The notes under the pieces are model-generated. The model saw only the letters and a program-made list of their open reading frames with translations, ran no database searches and was not told where the DNA came from. Of a stretch of DNA of 64,000 nt, positions 1-8,096 are shown piece by piece (the stretch's first letter is position 1; each line of letters opens with the position of its first letter). This DNA is from Ilumatobacteraceae bacterium (lineage in GTDB: Bacteria > Actinomycetota > Acidimicrobiia > Acidimicrobiales > Ilumatobacteraceae), in contig CAVQJG010000005.1 of the NCBI GenBank assembly GCA_963712775.1, positions 266,002 to 330,001 on the forward strand, in the 5' to 3' direction. Position numbers and translations under genes: made by a program.

Positions 1-1473
1 GATGATCTCCCATTCGTCCGGCTGGCCGTCGTCGAGCGGCAGCACCGGCGGCGAGTAGTTGGCGACGTTGCGGACGGCGAACTGGAGCAGCAACAGGTCG
101 TAGTGGCTGCGTTGGAGCTGCGAGGGAGGCGGCAGGACCACGTCGGCGTGACAGGTCGTCTCGTTGAGGTAGAGATCGATGCTCACCATGAACTCGAGTT
201 CGTCGAGGCTGCGGGCGAGCTGTTCGCTGTTCGGCGTCGACAGCACCGGGTTCCCGGCGACGGTGACCAACGCCCTGATCTGACCCTCGCCGGGTGTCAG
301 GATCTCCTCGGCCAGCACGCTCACCGGGTACTCCCCCATCACCTCGGGATGCCCGCTCACCCGGCTGTGCCCGCGCCCGACGGCGAAGCCTCGGCCCGAT
401 CCGGGCTTGCCCCGGGTGGTTGCGCCGCCGGCGACCGGGAGCGGGAACATCGAGCCCCCTGGCCGGTCGAGGTTGCCGCTGAGGATGTTGACCACGTCGA
501 TGAGCCACGACGCCGTCGACCCGAACTCGGTGGTGGTCGTGCCGATCCTGCCGTAGACGGCAGCCGTGGGCGCCGCCGCCAGTTCCCGGGCGAGCCGGCG
601 GATGGACCCCGCGGGGATTCCGGTGGGCGCTTCCGCGAACTCGGGGGTGAACGGCATCAATGCCTCGCGGAGGTCGTCGAGGCCGGCCAGGTGGGCGGCG
701 ATGTGTTCCCCCGGGCCTGCGAGGCCCTCGTCGAACATCGTGTGGGCGATCGCAGCGAGGAGCAGCGCGTCGGTGCCGGGCCGGATCGACACCCACTCGT
801 CGGCCTCCTCGGCGGTCCGCGACAGACGTGGGTCGACCACGACGAGCTTGCCACCTCGGGCGCGCATGGCCTCGATGCGTCCCGGGAAGTCCGCTGCGGT
901 GCAGACGCTGCCATTCGATGCGTACGGGTTGGCCCCGAGGATCATCAGGTAGTCGGTGCGGTCGAGGTCGGGCACCGGGATGGCCACGGGAGAACCGAAG
1001 ACGTGGCCCGACGCGACGTGCCGCGGCATCTGATCGACCGTCGACGCGCTGAACCGGTGCTTCGTCCCGAGTCCGGTGAGCAAGACCCTCGAGAAGGTCA
1101 TCGCGGAGAGGCTGTGGGCGGTGGGATTCCCCACGTACGCGGCGAGCGCTCCCCGACCGTGTGCGGAGATCACACCGCCGAGGCCTTCGTCGATCACCCT
1201 CCACGCCTCGTCCCAGGTGACCGGCACGTGGACGCCGTCGCGCTTCACCATCGGCGAGCGAAGTCGATCGGGGTCCTCGTGGAGTTGCTTGAGCGTCGAT
1301 CCCTTCGGGCAGAGGTAGCCCTTCGAGAACACGTCGAGGCGGTCACCGCGAATGCGCTGCACCTCCTCGCCACCCGAACCGTCGGGGCGCAAGGTGATCT
1401 CGAGCCCGCAACTGGCCTCGCAGAGCGGGCAGGTACGGAACGCGGTGCGGGTCGTGGAAGCGACATCGGGCAT
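1..1473 (-). CDS. molybdopterin-dependent oxidoreductase (MopB / formate-dehydrogenase-like), N-terminal part; gene runs off the left edge
   Basis: Absent from the ORF track (no stop inside the window). My reverse translation from ATG at 1473 gives MPDVASTTRTAFRTCPLCEASCGLEITLRPDG..DVFSKGYLCPKG..ILGANPYASNGS..LVVVDPRLSRTAEEADEWVSIRPGTD. This is the N-terminal Cys cluster plus core blocks of molybdopterin oxidoreductases. The + ORF 103..2223 is its antisense shadow up to ~1536. Confidence 0.8.
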   Translation of the reverse strand, partial: MPDVASTTRTAFRTCPLCEASCGLEITLRPDGSGGEEVQRIRGDRLDVFSKGYLCPKGSTLKQLHEDPDRLRSPMVKRDGVHVPVTWDEAWRVIDEGLGGVISAHGRGALAAYVGNPTAHSLSAMTFSRVLLTGLGTKHRFSASTVDQMPRHVASGHVFGSPVAIPVPDLDRTDYLMILGANPYASNGSVCTAADFPGRIEAMRARGGKLVVVDPRLSRTAEEADEWVSIRPGTDALLLAAIAHTMFDEGLAGPGEHIAAHLAGLDDLREALMPFTPEFAEAPTGIPAGSIRRLARELAAAPTAAVYGRIGTTTTEFGSTASWLIDVVNILSGNLDRPGGSMFPLPVAGGATTRGKPGSGRGFAVGRGHSRVSGHPEVMGEYPVSVLAEEILTPGEGQIRALVTVAGNPVLSTPNSEQLARSLDELEFMVSIDLYLNETTCHADVVLPPPSQLQRSHYDLLLLQFAVRNVANYSPPVLPLDDGQPDEWEII

Positions 1474-1536
1474 CCCCCATCGTCGCAGACCGCGCCGAAC
1501 GCGGACGCAGCGGTCCGCAGCGACCATGATGGCGAG

Positions 1537-2223
1537 ATGCGCCGACTGCTCCCCGAGCCTGCCGCCGACGTCACCGTGGATGCCGCCTACTCGGGTCCGC
1601 TCGGAAGCCACCCCGATCGACCCTGGGTCGCGCTGTGCATGGTGTCGTCGATCGACGGCTCGACGGCGGTCGATGGCGTCTCCGCGGGGCTGTCGAGCCC
1701 GACCGACACCGCGGTGCTCTGGCAGTTGCGGCACCTCGCCGATGTGATCCTCGTGGGCGCCGGCACGGTGCGCGACGAAGGGTACGGGGCACCGCGCAAG
1801 GAGGGTCAGCGCATCGGCGTGGTGACGCGCACGGGCGACGTCGATCTCGCCGGTGAGCTGTTCGCGTCCGGTGCCGGTTTCCTGATCACCACCGAGGACG
1901 CGGCGTTCGAATCGACGGGTGTCGACGTGATCCGGGCCGGGGTGGAATCGGTCGACCTCGGCGAGGCGGTACGTCGCCTCGGGCAGGTCGTTCCGGTGTG
2001 CAGCGTGGTGCAGGCCGAGGGCGGCGCCCGTCTGAACGGCGCCCTCCTCGACGCCGACGTGATCGACGAGATCAACGTCACGACGTCCGCTGCGGCGGTC
2101 GGCGGGGGCGGGCCACGGCTGGCGAGTGGCGCAGCCGATCACCGACATCGCTTCGAACTGCGTCAACTGGCGATCGACGAGGAGTCGCTCCTGTACGCGC
2201 GGTGGTTACGTCGGCGTGGCTGA
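1537..2223 (+). CDS. RibD C-terminal domain / dihydrofolate-reductase-like (pyrimidine reductase family) protein
   Basis: In-frame ATG at 1537 within ORF 103..2223. RPWVALCMVSSIDGSTAVDG..LWQLRHLADVILVGAGTVRDEGY..AEGGARLNGALLDADVIDEINVTTSAAAVGGG fits the RibD_C/DHFR-like fold. Confidence 0.7.
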   Translation: MRRLLPEPAADVTVDAAYSGPLGSHPDRPWVALCMVSSIDGSTAVDGVSAGLSSPTDTAVLWQLRHLADVILVGAGTVRDEGYGAPRKEGQRIGVVTRTGDVDLAGELFASGAGFLITTEDAAFESTGVDVIRAGVESVDLGEAVRRLGQVVPVCSVVQAEGGARLNGALLDADVIDEINVTTSAAAVGGGGPRLASGAADHRHRFELRQLAIDEESLLYARWLRRRG

Positions 2224-2667
2224 CTTCTCGAGCAGCGCGAGCTCCCGATGGAAGTCGGAGGCACCGTCGAAGTCCTTGTAGACGCTGGCGAATCGGAGGT
2301 ACGCGACCTCGTCGACCGACCGCAGCTGATCGAGGACCGCAACGCCGACCGTCGCGCTGGTGACGGTCGAGCCGTGCAGGCGCACCGTGTCCTCGACCCG
2401 TGCGGCGATCTCGGCGAGCTGGAGGTCCGACACGTTGCGACCCTTGGTGGCGGCCGTGAGGCCACCGATCAGCTTCGTCCGATCGAACGGTTCGGTCCCC
2501 CCGTGCGACTTCACCACGGTGAGCGGAGCATGGTCGACGCGCTCGAAGGTCGTGAAGCGATGCGAGCAGGCCAGGCACTCCCGGCGGCGCCGGATCGCCG
2601 TGCCCTCCTCGGCCACGCGCGAGTCGACGACCTTGGTGTCGTCATGGCGGCAGGACGGGCAGAACAC
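2206..2667 (-). CDS. nrdR: transcriptional repressor NrdR
   Basis: MFCPSCRHDDTKVVDSR..RRRRECLACSHRFTTFE zinc ribbon plus ATP-cone (KRDG-type C-terminal half). GTG start at 2667. Classic position next to lexA. Confidence 0.95.
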   Translation of the reverse strand: MFCPSCRHDDTKVVDSRVAEEGTAIRRRRECLACSHRFTTFERVDHAPLTVVKSHGGTEPFDRTKLIGGLTAATKGRNVSDLQLAEIAARVEDTVRLHGSTVTSATVGVAVLDQLRSVDEVAYLRFASVYKDFDGASDFHRELALLEKSATPT

Positions 2668-2739
2668 GTCCCGGAGGTTACCCCGCTCCCTGTGCGGACT
2701 CCGGTCGTCGACGCTGGCCCGTGTGCGACGGGGCGACCG

Positions 2740-3177
2740 TCAGGGCAGCCGGATCGCCTGCCCCACGAGGACGTCCGTGCCACCGTTGAGGCTGATCAGG
2801 GCGTCGACGTAACGATCGCGGCCGACCGGGCCCCGGTACAGGTCGGCGATCGACCAGAGGCTGTCGCCGGCTGCGGCGACATGGATCGACCGCACCGGCT
2901 GGGCGCCCGATGCGGTCGTCGTGACCTCGGAGGCCGCGGCAGGACGGCCCCCGAGGTCGACGAGCGCGCCGGCCGTCTCCACGACAGCGACGGCGGCGGC
3001 GGCGAGCACGGCGAGTGCGACGGCGGCGACCAGCATGCGACGCGCTGCGTAGTTCGGCGCCGCAGGACCCGGTTGACGCACCACCTCGCCCCGATCGGCC
3101 ACGGGACGGCTCCTGACGCGGGACGGCACGCCGATCGTGCGCTGGAAGTTGGTCGCTGGGTGGAAGGTGGCCGTCAT
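2740..3177 (-). CDS. LysM domain membrane-anchored protein, divergent from lexA (Rv2719c-like position)
   Basis: One TM segment (MLVAAVALAVLAAAAVAVV) and a C-terminal LysM motif (IHVAAAGDSLWSIADLY..YVDALISLNG..LVGQAIRLP). The lexA-divergent LysM gene is a conserved actinobacterial arrangement. Confidence 0.8.
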   Translation of the reverse strand: MTATFHPATNFQRTIGVPSRVRSRPVADRGEVVRQPGPAAPNYAARRMLVAAVALAVLAAAAVAVVETAGALVDLGGRPAAASEVTTTASGAQPVRSIHVAAAGDSLWSIADLYRGPVGRDRYVDALISLNGGTDVLVGQAIRLP

Positions 3178-3285
3178 CGCTGCTCGCTCCGGTGGGTGCT
3201 GATGGTGAGATCTGCTGCGTTCTGCTGCTGGCGGCGCTGTTCGATGCCGTGTTCTGTTCTCGGGTTCAGTACCAACAGGTGTTCG

Positions 3286-3301
3286 TAGAACGACTGTTCG
3301 T
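3286..3301. promoter_or_regulatory. LexA (SOS) box TAGAAC-GACT-GTTCGT
   Basis: Perfect GAAC-N4-GTTC palindrome (GAAC 3288-3291, GTTC 3296-3299) in the lexA / LysM divergent intergenic region. It matches the actinobacterial TCGAAC-N4-GTTCGA consensus. Confidence 0.75.
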
Positions 3302-3338
3302 AGTCAACCAGGCGTCGTGCCTCGATGTCAACCCTCGA

Positions 3339-3354
3339 TCGAACAATTGTTTGC
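3339..3354. promoter_or_regulatory. second, imperfect LexA box TCGAAC-AATT-GTTTGC
   Basis: GAAC 3341-3344, spacer AATT, GTTT 3349-3352 (one mismatch). It ends 11 nt upstream of the predicted lexA -35. Confidence 0.5.
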
Positions 3355-3365
3355 CAAACAGATGT

Positions 3366-3394
3366 TTGACCCTCTGCCTGCCGATCCGTACACT
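3366..3394 (+). promoter_or_regulatory. predicted lexA promoter (TTGACC-17 nt-TACACT), probably giving a leaderless mRNA
   Basis: -35 TTGACC at 3366-3371, 17-nt spacer, -10 TACACT at 3389-3394. Only 6 nt (gttcgt) separate it from ATG 3401, with no Shine-Dalgarno. Confidence 0.4.
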
Positions 3395-3400
3395 GTTCGT

Positions 3401-4030
3401 ATGGCACCCACGATCAGCACGCGGCAGCGAGACATTCTCGAGTTCATCGAACAACAGATCCGCGAGCGTGGTTATCCGCCATCGGTCCGCGAGATCGGTG
3501 ACGCGGTGGGGCTGACCTCGCCGTCGACGGTGCACACCCACCTCAACACCCTCCAGCGGCTCGGCTACCTTCGACGCGACCCCACCAAGCCCCGAGCGAT
3601 CGAGGTGCGCTACGACACCAACAGCGGCGCGATGATGGAACGCCGCCCGGTTCGCCACGTCCCCCTCGTCGGCGACGTCGCAGCCGGCACCGATGTCCTC
3701 GCGGAGGAGAACGTCGAGGAACTGCTGCCCGTTCCCGTCGACTTCACCGGCGACGGCGAGCTGTTCATGCTGCGAGTGCGCGGCGAGTCGATGATCGAAC
3801 TCGGGATCCTCGACGGCGACTTCGTGGTGGCCACCCAGATCACCAACCCCAACAACGGCGACATCGTGGTCGCCGGCATCCCGGGGGGCGAGGCGACGAT
3901 CAAGACCTACAGCCGCTCGGGCGCTCAGGTCACGCTGACGCCGGCCAACTCGACGATGGCCCCGATGGAGTTCAGCGCCGACGAGGTGGAGATCTACGGC
4001 AAGGTCGTCACCGTCATGCGTCGCTACTGA
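3401..4030 (+). CDS. lexA: LexA repressor
   Basis: MAPTISTRQRDILEFIEQQIRERGYPPSVREIGDAVGLTSPSTVHTHLNTLQRLGYL (winged HTH), cleavage/peptidase S24 part VAAG..RVRGESMIELGILDGDFVV..VVAGIPGGEATIKT. ATG 3401 chosen over the upstream GTG 3317 extension. Confidence 0.95.
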   Translation: MAPTISTRQRDILEFIEQQIRERGYPPSVREIGDAVGLTSPSTVHTHLNTLQRLGYLRRDPTKPRAIEVRYDTNSGAMMERRPVRHVPLVGDVAAGTDVLAEENVEELLPVPVDFTGDGELFMLRVRGESMIELGILDGDFVVATQITNPNNGDIVVAGIPGGEATIKTYSRSGAQVTLTPANSTMAPMEFSADEVEIYGKVVTVMRRY

Positions 4031-4787
4031 GCGACGGCGGCCCCCATACCGGGGGCGACGGATCGGTCGGCGGACTCGTCGGTGGTGGCGACGGGGCCGA
4101 CATCGGCGGACCGGCAGGGCCGGTCGCGCCGGTCGTCGGTGGCGGGGCCGGGAACCCGGGCGGACTCGTGGGCCATTCCGCTGCCGGCTGCCAGGGCGCA
4201 TCGGTCGCACTCGGCGGAGTCGGACGTCGGCTCCCGAGCACGAGCAACACCCCGCCGACCACGAACGCGACGATCGCGGCGAACACCGCCGACCAGCGTA
4301 GGAGACCGACGCCGTCGTCGGGATCCCCGCCGACGGCGATGGCGAACGCGTCACCGTCGGCGGCGACGGTCAACACGTGATCGCCGGGCTCGGCGATCTC
4401 GACGGCGCCCGTGGAGGTGCCGACGAAGGTGCCGGTGTCGTAGTCGACCCCGCTGCTCGCCTCGATCGTCACCGGGTCGCCCGCGGCGTCGACGAGCGAC
4501 ACGTCGATCACGGGGACGCCGTCGCGCTCGTACTCGCCCGGTGCCGCACAGTCTCCCGCGAGGTCGTCGATGCTCCCGGTGGTCTCGATGTAGAGGGTGA
4601 AGACACCGGTGCGATCGAAGTCGAGCGTGGTGGCACACCCCGACGGAGCCCTGGCGAAGCTCGCCACGTTGTCGTCGCGTCGTTGGCCTGCTGCGTACCA
4701 CAGCGCCCCGGCCGCGACGAGGCCGGCCACCACCACCAACACGCCGACGACGAGCATCCACCCGCGCTTCGGAGACGGGCCGCTCAT
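4014..4787 (-). CDS. hypothetical membrane protein with two TM helices and a Pro-rich C-terminus
   Basis: ORF 257 aa with coding-like GC3. N-terminal TM (WMLVVGVLVVVAGLVAAGALWY), second TM (WSAVFAAIVAFVVGGVLLVL), then a PPxxP-rich tail. The 3' end overlaps the lexA 3' end by 17 nt (convergent). Confidence 0.55.
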   Translation of the reverse strand: MSGPSPKRGWMLVVGVLVVVAGLVAAGALWYAAGQRRDDNVASFARAPSGCATTLDFDRTGVFTLYIETTGSIDDLAGDCAAPGEYERDGVPVIDVSLVDAAGDPVTIEASSGVDYDTGTFVGTSTGAVEIAEPGDHVLTVAADGDAFAIAVGGDPDDGVGLLRWSAVFAAIVAFVVGGVLLVLGSRRPTPPSATDAPWQPAAEWPTSPPGFPAPPPTTGATGPAGPPMSAPSPPPTSPPTDPSPPVWGPPSLSSDA

Positions 4788-4873
4788 CGTCGGTCCGGGC
4801 CGATCGACGGGTCTGGTGGTGGCGGCCCGGATGGTGAGTCGGATGAAAGGCGGCGGTGCAGCATCGTGGGGGG

Positions 4874-5983
4874 TCAGCCGACTGCGGTCAACCGTTCGGC
4901 GACCAGTCGGATCCTGTCGTCTGGTTGTACCACGGCGACGCGCACGAACGGTGTCCCATCCGCGCCGTAGAACTCGCCCGGGCTCACGAGCGCACCACCG
5001 TCACGGGCGAGCCGCTCCGTGTACTCCCATCCGTCGGTCACCGGAATCCAGAGGTAGAAGGCACCATCGGGCAAGCCGACCGGCTCTCCCGACCAGTCCG
5101 ACAGCACGGATGCCAGCAACTCGAGGCGACTGCGGTACCGGGCGCGTTGCTGCTCGACGTGGTCGTCGTCGTCGAGTGCCGCGATGCCGGCCGCCTGCGC
5201 CGGGCCCGGCACCATCATCCCGACGTGCTTGCGGATCTCCTGGAGGTAGCCGACCAGCTCGGCATCACCGGCGTAGAACCCCACGCGAACACCGGCGAGG
5301 TTCGACCGCTTCGACAGCGAATGCACGGCGACGACGCCGTCGAGGCCGGACTCGAGGATCGTTCGACCCCGACCGGACCACGTGAACTCGACGTAGCACT
5401 CGTCGGAGAAGACCGGCACGCCGTGTTCCCTCCCCCACGCTGCTGCTGCATCGAGGTCGTCGAGCGCACCCGTCGGGTTGCTCGGGCTGTTCACCCACAG
5501 CACGAGGGCGCGCTCCGCGTCGGCAGCGTCGATCGAGCCGAGGTCGAGCCGTCCGTCGGGTCCGGCCGGAACCGGAACAGCCCGGCAGCCGGCGAGGATC
5601 GCACCCATCTCGTAGGTCGGGTAGGCGATCGCGGGGTACAGCACGGTGTCGCGCGACGGATCGCGCAGCTGCAGCCACTGCGGGAGCGTGCCGACGAACT
5701 CCTTCGTCCCGATCGAGGCGCCGATCTGGGCAGCAGGAACGTCGACGCCGAAGCGACGCTCGATCCACCGCCGAGCCGCGTCACGGAACGACGCCGTGCC
5801 GATACTGGGCGGGTACGACCGTTCCGAGCCACTCGAGGCCAGGGCCTCGATCACGCTCGGCGGAGGCGGGTCGAAGGGCGTACCGATCGAGAGGTCGACG
5901 GTGCCGCCGGCGTGGGCCTCCGTCAGCGGCCGGAGTCGGTCGAGGCGGTCGTACGGGTAGGGCGGCGGGACGAAACCGCTCAC
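4874..5983 (-). CDS. dapC: succinyldiaminopimelate aminotransferase (class I/II aminotransferase, DapC type)
   Basis: MSGFVPPPYPYDRLDRLRPL..VDLSIGTPFDPPP..SYPPSIG..VWVNSPSNPTG..HSLSKRSNLAGVRVGFY (PLP-lysine SKRSN). GTG start 5983 overlaps the hflX stop (GTGA). Confidence 0.8.
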   Translation of the reverse strand: MSGFVPPPYPYDRLDRLRPLTEAHAGGTVDLSIGTPFDPPPPSVIEALASSGSERSYPPSIGTASFRDAARRWIERRFGVDVPAAQIGASIGTKEFVGTLPQWLQLRDPSRDTVLYPAIAYPTYEMGAILAGCRAVPVPAGPDGRLDLGSIDAADAERALVLWVNSPSNPTGALDDLDAAAAWGREHGVPVFSDECYVEFTWSGRGRTILESGLDGVVAVHSLSKRSNLAGVRVGFYAGDAELVGYLQEIRKHVGMMVPGPAQAAGIAALDDDDHVEQQRARYRSRLELLASVLSDWSGEPVGLPDGAFYLWIPVTDGWEYTERLARDGGALVSPGEFYGADGTPFVRVAVVQPDDRIRLVAERLTAVG

Positions 5984-7296
5984 GACCCGGTCGCTTCCGG
6001 CGTCGCGAACTCCGAGAGTCGGCCGGCCGACGCATCGGACAGTCGGGCCCGCACGGTCCAGGCGTTTTCGCCGTCGCCGACCGACACGACCTCACCTTCG
6101 CGGTGCACCGCAGCGAGGATGTCGCCACGGTCGTACGGGATCACGAGTTCGTGGACGACCGTCAGTGCCCGCAGTCGATCGGCCAACGTTCGCAGGAACT
6201 CGTCGATTCCCTCGCCCGTGACGGCGGAGATCGCGACCGACCCCGGATGATCCGCCACGAGCTCCTTGGCCACACCCGGTGCGAGGTCGCACTTGTTGAA
6301 CACGAGCAGCTCCGGGACGGCCGCCGCGTCGATCTCGCCGAGCACCTCGTGGACGGCGTCGATCTGGCCGATCGGATCCGGTGCGCTGGCATCGACGACG
6401 TGGACCAGGTACTCGGCCATCGCGGCGACCTCGAGCGTGCCCTTGAAGGACTCGACCAGGCCGTGCGGGAGCCGGTTGATGAACCCGACCGTGTCGGACA
6501 GCAACACCGGCTCACCGCCCGGCAGCGAGAGGCGCCGAGTGGTGGGATCGAGCGTGGCGAACAGCCGGTCCTCGGCCAGCACGCCCGAGTCGGTGAGCCG
6601 GTTCAGCAGCGACGACTTCCCGGCGTTCGTGTACCCGACGATCGCGACCGACGCGAGCCCGCTCCGCGATCGGCCCTTGCGCTGCAGCGAACGGGTGTCG
6701 GCGAGCGAGTCGAGGTCGCGTTCGAGCTTGTTGATGCGCCGCATGATGCGACGACGGTCGACTTCGATCTTCGTCTCGCCGCCACCGAACCGAGCGCCCA
6801 CACCACCGCGCTGCTGCGACAGCTTGGCGTCGGCGCCGCGACGCAGGCGCGGGAGGCGGTAGCGCAACAGCGCGAGTTCGACCTGGGCCTTGCCCTCCAG
6901 CGTGTGGGCGTTCTGGCCGAAGATGTCGAGGATCACCGCCGTGCGGTCGAGGGCCGTGCGGCCGAGGAGCTTCTCCAGGTTGTACTGCTGTCCGGGCGAG
7001 AGCTCGTTGTCGAACACGACGGTGTCGGCATCGACGGCGAGGCAGAGCTGCTTCAGCTCCTCGGCCTTGCCCTTGCCGACGCACCAGGTGTGATCGGGGG
7101 CGTCACGGCGCTGCACCATGCGCGCCACGGCATCGGCACCAGCGGTGTCGACCAGCAGCGCGAGTTCGTCGAGGCTCGCGTCGACGTCGTCGTCGTCCTG
7201 GCCCGGGAGCGCCACGGCCACGAGCACGATCTTCTCCCGGATCGTCCGGTCGATGAGCGTGCCGGCGAGCGCCTCGTTGTAGGGGGTGTTGCTCAT
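5980..7296 (-). CDS. hflX: GTPase HflX
   Basis: Start trimmed to ATG 7296 (MSNTPYNEALAG..), which overlaps the dapF stop (ATGA). HflX N-domain (LDELALLVDTAGA..DNELSPGQQYNLEKLLG..DRTAVILDIF) and G-domain (IVGYTNAGKSSLLNRLT, DTVGF, NKCD). The upstream 130 codons of the 568-aa ORF are an Arg-rich artefact. Confidence 0.9.
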   Translation of the reverse strand: MSNTPYNEALAGTLIDRTIREKIVLVAVALPGQDDDDVDASLDELALLVDTAGADAVARMVQRRDAPDHTWCVGKGKAEELKQLCLAVDADTVVFDNELSPGQQYNLEKLLGRTALDRTAVILDIFGQNAHTLEGKAQVELALLRYRLPRLRRGADAKLSQQRGGVGARFGGGETKIEVDRRRIMRRINKLERDLDSLADTRSLQRKGRSRSGLASVAIVGYTNAGKSSLLNRLTDSGVLAEDRLFATLDPTTRRLSLPGGEPVLLSDTVGFINRLPHGLVESFKGTLEVAAMAEYLVHVVDASAPDPIGQIDAVHEVLGEIDAAAVPELLVFNKCDLAPGVAKELVADHPGSVAISAVTGEGIDEFLRTLADRLRALTVVHELVIPYDRGDILAAVHREGEVVSVGDGENAWTVRARLSDASAGRLSEFATPEATGS

Positions 7297-8096
7297 GGCA
7301 CCTCGATCTCGATCGTCGCAATGTGGGAGGCGGGGCCGCTCAACACCGCGCGTGTCGGCGCGTCGGGAGCGAAACTCACGGTGGCCGTTCCGCCGTCCAT
7401 GTGGACCACCACGTTGCCGTCGCCCCGAGCCACGAGCCCCCACGATCGGGCGGCGAAGGCCGCCGCACACGCACCGGTCCCGCACGCCTCGGTGATCCCC
7501 GCACCGCGCTCGTGGACGCGCATCGTGATCGCATTCGGTTCCGGGCCCGGCTCGATGATCTCGAGATTGACCTGGGGCACCTGGCCGCCCAGCAACGCGA
7601 GATCCACGGCGCCGACGTCGTCGACACCGACGACGCTGTGCGGGTTGCCGAGGCTCAGGTGGGCAACCGGCCGGTCGGGGTGACATCCGAGCGCGCCCCA
7701 GCCGTCGGGTTCGGCGATCGTGGACACCTCCCCCATCTCGACGCGTGCCTCGATCGTGGAGGGGTCGTCGGTGGCGGTGAGGACGACGAGCCGGTCACCG
7801 GCATCGGTGAGGATCAGTTGGTCGCTCATGTCGCCGCGTCGAGCAGCCAGTGCCTGCGCGAAACAGCGGATCCCGTTGCCGCTCATCTCCGCGCGCGATC
7901 CGTCCGCGTTGAAGAGGGTCATGCGAGCGGCGTGACCCTCGGCCGATTCGGCCACCAGCAAGCCGTCGGCTCCGACCCCACGGCGCCGGTCGCACAGCCG
8001 CCGGGCCAGCGCGGCGAGGTCATCGACGTCGGGATGGAACACGACGAGGAAGTCGTTGCCGAGTCCGTGGTGTTTCGTGAGTGTCAGTGAGGTCAT
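7293..8096 (-). CDS. dapF: diaminopimelate epimerase
   Basis: MTSLTLTKHHGLGNDFLVV..FNADGSRAEMSGNGIRCF..HLSLGNPHSV..ERGAGITEACGTGACA (both catalytic Cys motifs). ATG 8096 overlaps the miaA stop. Confidence 0.9.
   Translation of the reverse strand: MTSLTLTKHHGLGNDFLVVFHPDVDDLAALARRLCDRRRGVGADGLLVAESAEGHAARMTLFNADGSRAEMSGNGIRCFAQALAARRGDMSDQLILTDAGDRLVVLTATDDPSTIEARVEMGEVSTIAEPDGWGALGCHPDRPVAHLSLGNPHSVVGVDDVGAVDLALLGGQVPQVNLEIIEPGPEPNAITMRVHERGAGITEACGTGACAAAFAARSWGLVARGDGNVVVHMDGGTATVSFAPDAPTRAVLSGPASHIATIEIEVP

Noticed and set aside
190-201. Perfect GAAC-TCGA-GTTC (LexA-box core) inside the molybdopterin oxidoreductase coding region.
   Set aside because: It is about 1.3 kb inside a CDS and far from any promoter. 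A single 8-base-specified palindrome is about what chance gives in 64 kb.
103-1536. Very long ORFs in the track that look like big genes. Examples are the first 478 codons of + ORF 103..2223, 9423..10880 +, 16328..17956 -, 35808..38243 +, 46396..49173 +, 61624..63492 - and 28236..30032 +.
   Set aside because: Each lies antisense to, or out of frame with, a gene whose product has clear family motifs. Their translations are Arg/Gly/Pro/Asp-rich low-complexity strings typical of shadow ORFs in very GC-rich DNA. No independent motif supports them.
7297-7686. N-terminal extensions of real genes in the track. These include hflX to 7686, recG to 60033, rumA-like to 25713, plsX to 54380, dapF to 8189, coaD to 56313 and yraN to 41385.
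   Set aside because: The extensions are Arg-rich, overlap the upstream gene, and begin before the conserved N-terminal motifs. Internal starts that overlap the upstream stop by 4 nt fit the family N-termini.
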